The position numbers and the translations under genes are program-made. Below, piece by piece: positions 62,001-64,000 of a stretch of DNA of 64,000 nt. This DNA is from an uncultured Pseudomonadota bacterium (GTDB taxonomy: Bacteria; Oederibacteriota; Muellerivitia; Muellerivitales; Muellerivitaceae). Numbering within the stretch: position 1 is the stretch's first letter; every line of letters begins with the position of its first letter. Below the pieces are notes generated by a model, which did no database searches, was not told the DNA's origin, and saw only the letters and a list, made by a program, of their open reading frames with translations. Location: the NCBI GenBank assembly GCA_963843375.1, contig CAWJKT010000001.1, positions 96,001 through 160,000 on the forward strand, given 5' to 3'.

Positions 62001-63298
62001 TACACCCCCGATGTCGGTTTCGATGAATAAACAGGTTTCCTCGACAACGGCCCAATCGGGCAATAACTTGACTTACACCCTCAATATCACCGTCTCCGGG
62101 AACAGTGCGCAGAACCTGGTGGTGAATGACACCTTGCCCACGAATGAAACCTTCCTAGGGTTCCTCGCCAGCCCAGCGGGGACGACCACCAATTCCACCG
62201 CGACGGGTCTATTAACCTGGAACCTGCCTTCGCCCCTTGCGGCGGGGAGCTACCAACTGGAATATCAGGCGCAATTGAATAATTTACTCACGGCCGGCAG
62301 TACCCTTATTAATAACGCCCAATTAACCTACCTGGGAGGCGCCCCGGTGACGGCCAGCGTGGGAGTATTGGTGATAGGGCAATACACGGTCAAAATCGGG
62401 GTCTATAACGAGGCGGGAGAATTGGTGGATACGATCCTTACGGAACAACTCTCCCAACCTATCGATAATATTGTGCTCCAATCCAGTAATGCCATCACCA
62501 GTTTGAACGGGCCCAATAATGCTGTGACGATTTATTACGACAATAGCCCCTTGGGGAGTTGGAATGGGACGAATTCCAATGGAAGCCTGGCTTCCAACGG
62601 GGCCTATTACGTGAAGGTGGACAGCATCAGTTCTATGGGAACCGAAGTGAGCACGACGCAGCAGGTGATGGTCAACCGGACGCTTTATACGTCGACGATC
62701 CTGATTTACAACGAGGCAGGGGAAGTGGTGAAACACTTATATGCCTATTCCGATGACCCAGGCCAAGCCGGTGTGGCATCGGTGCAATTATCATCCTCCG
62801 TAATAGAACCGGGTCTCGGCTCAAGCCCGGGTACGCCTAGCGACCTGACAATAACCTTAAGCAATGGAACAACCGAGGTGTGGGACGGGACGAATGACAG
62901 CGGTTCCTTTGTGCAAAGCGGTGAATATTTGGTGGAAGTCCACACGACGGACGGAACTGGCGGGGAAACCACGGTGATAAAAGAAGTATCGGTGGAAGAC
63001 CAAAATACGGCCAAAGGAATGGGAGTAGTGACGGCTTGGCCCAATGTTTTAAACCCTTCCGAAGGTCTGACGACGACTTTTCATACCAACGTATCCATGA
63101 ATTTGACGTTGGAGGTGTCTGTTTACACGGTTGCGGGTGAACTGGTCCACCAGGTGACTGGCGGCACAGGAACCGGCCAAGTGACATGGAATGCTTCCGG
63201 TGTGGCAAGCGGCACCTATTTGGCGGTGGTTCAGGTTTTCAACTCCACTGGCGGGCTAATGGGCCGGGCAAACCCTCAAACTGGCCGTCTTCCATTAA
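59056..63298 (+). CDS. Giant secreted adhesin-like protein: Cys-rich DD beta-sandwich head, DUF11, ~610-aa Thr stalk, DUF11, two FlgD-Ig-like domains, T9SS type-A-like CTD
   Basis: Signal ending VQA. DUF11-like NK...LTYT.....N/G...V.D.L twice, a T-x-T tract at about 60175-62010, and two YNEAGE.V...W.GTN..G..(A/V)..G.Y.V repeats. Removing one G at about 63267 gives the ending [15 protein letters not shown] (63296-63298), like the other CTDs. Confidence 0.85.
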
Positions 63299-63593
63299 CC
63301 TGGTTTTTTCAATGGTAGTTTTTCCTTCAGCCATCCTATAGGCATCGAAGAGTCGGCTAGCAGCTAGGGAACGCTTCCCCCGCCTTGAGATCTCAAATCA
63401 TTTTTAAACAAAAAATTTAAAAGTATCAAAATTAAAAAATTGGAACAATGAAGATTTCCGACAAACCGGACCTTTTGCTTTTTTAGTAAAAGTTTTAGTA
63501 AAATAAAACTTGCTCGGGACACCGGTGGCTTTTGATGTTTTTGAATTTTGACCTTGGGTTCCCGCATCCTAAACTCATCGATTGGAGTTGTTC

Positions 63594-64000
63594 ATGGGTT
63601 CCCACCCTACCATCAAGGATGTCGCCAAAAAAGCTGGAGTCTCCATTACTACCGTTTCATTTGTCCTCAATAAACGATCAAATGTGGTTATCAGCGAGGA
63701 AGTTAAAAAACGGGTTCTCAACGTGGCTCGGGAAATGGATTATCACCCCAGCGCCATGGCGGCGGGGTTGGCCGGGCGGCGGACGCGTAACCTGGGGGTG
63801 GTTTTTTACCAGGAAGATAAGATTATTTCCAACCAGTTTTATTCCTTTGTGATCGAAGGGATGGTTAAAGAAGCCGCGGATAAATATTTCAACCTCCTTT
63901 TTTCTTTCGTAGAAAATGCCTATAACGGTTACCAGAACCTCCCCAAAATCATTCGCGAGAAAAATGTGGATGGGGTTTTATTAATTGGGCGGGTCGAAGC
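63594..64000 (+). CDS. LacI-family transcriptional regulator, 3'-truncated (absent from the ORF track)
   Basis: Manual translation: MGSHPTIKDVAKKAGVSITTVSFVLN...ISEEVKKRVLNVAREMDYHPSAMAAGL...NQFY...KNVDGVLL. Confidence 0.93.
   Translation, partial: MGSHPTIKDVAKKAGVSITTVSFVLNKRSNVVISEEVKKRVLNVAREMDYHPSAMAAGLAGRRTRNLGVVFYQEDKIISNQFYSFVIEGMVKEAADKYFNLLFSFVENAYNGYQNLPKIIREKNVDGVLLIGRVE

Noticed and set aside
44254..62055. Long Val/Gly-rich minus-strand ORFs (e.g. 44254..44535, 60492..60833, 60894..61481)
   Set aside because: These are antisense shadows of ACN-rich Thr repeats, which lack stop codons on the reverse strand. There is no RBS or independent coding signal.
63268..63318. ORF-track C-terminus [16 protein letters not shown] of the giant protein (possible sortase-like motif)
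   Set aside because: Removing one G restores [13 protein letters not shown], which matches the other CTD endings. No TM segment or basic tail follows.
63532..63852. 106-aa ORF in the track
   Set aside because: It overlaps, out of frame, the clear LacI gene starting at 63594.

Overview
This is a gene-dense 64 kb bacterial chromosomal segment from a diderm organism, as shown by several outer-membrane barrels and lipoproteins. The protein style recalls candidate phyla such as FCPU426 or Goldbacteria, but that is recollection and was not tested. About eleven genes, including pgi and nrdJ, are broken by single-base shifts. Most of the shifts I inspected are +1 insertions, so they are probably long-read errors. 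The left 42 kb is a mix of signalling genes (REC-PAS, GAF-GGDEF, receivers, a binding protein plus MCP), P450, cysteine desulfurase, pgi and a class II ribonucleotide reductase with a TTGACA-17-TATAAA promoter and NrdR boxes. It also holds DoxX/HxlR, an ABC-LolA-like-barrel cluster, a GH2 enzyme and a fluoride riboswitch controlling crcB and DUF190. The most notable part is 42.6-64 kb. Three very large secreted proteins there have hundreds of residues of alternating-Thr (T-x-T-x) stalk and a T9SS type-A-like C-terminal domain: two tandem GH5 enzymes with divergent heads but an apparently identical 1344-bp tail, and a DUF11/FlgD-Ig adhesin-like protein. They flank four consecutive GT-C-fold membrane glycosyltransferases (DUF2723/TMEM260-like, YfhO-like and two TMTC-like TPR proteins). 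A fifth (PMT/ArnT-PA14) lies near a fourth such secreted protein at 25-30 kb. This is a candidate dedicated protein O-glycosylation (O-mannosylation-like) and surface-display system for mucin-like stalked proteins, possibly under LacI control. No rRNA, tRNA, CRISPR array or transposase was recognised.
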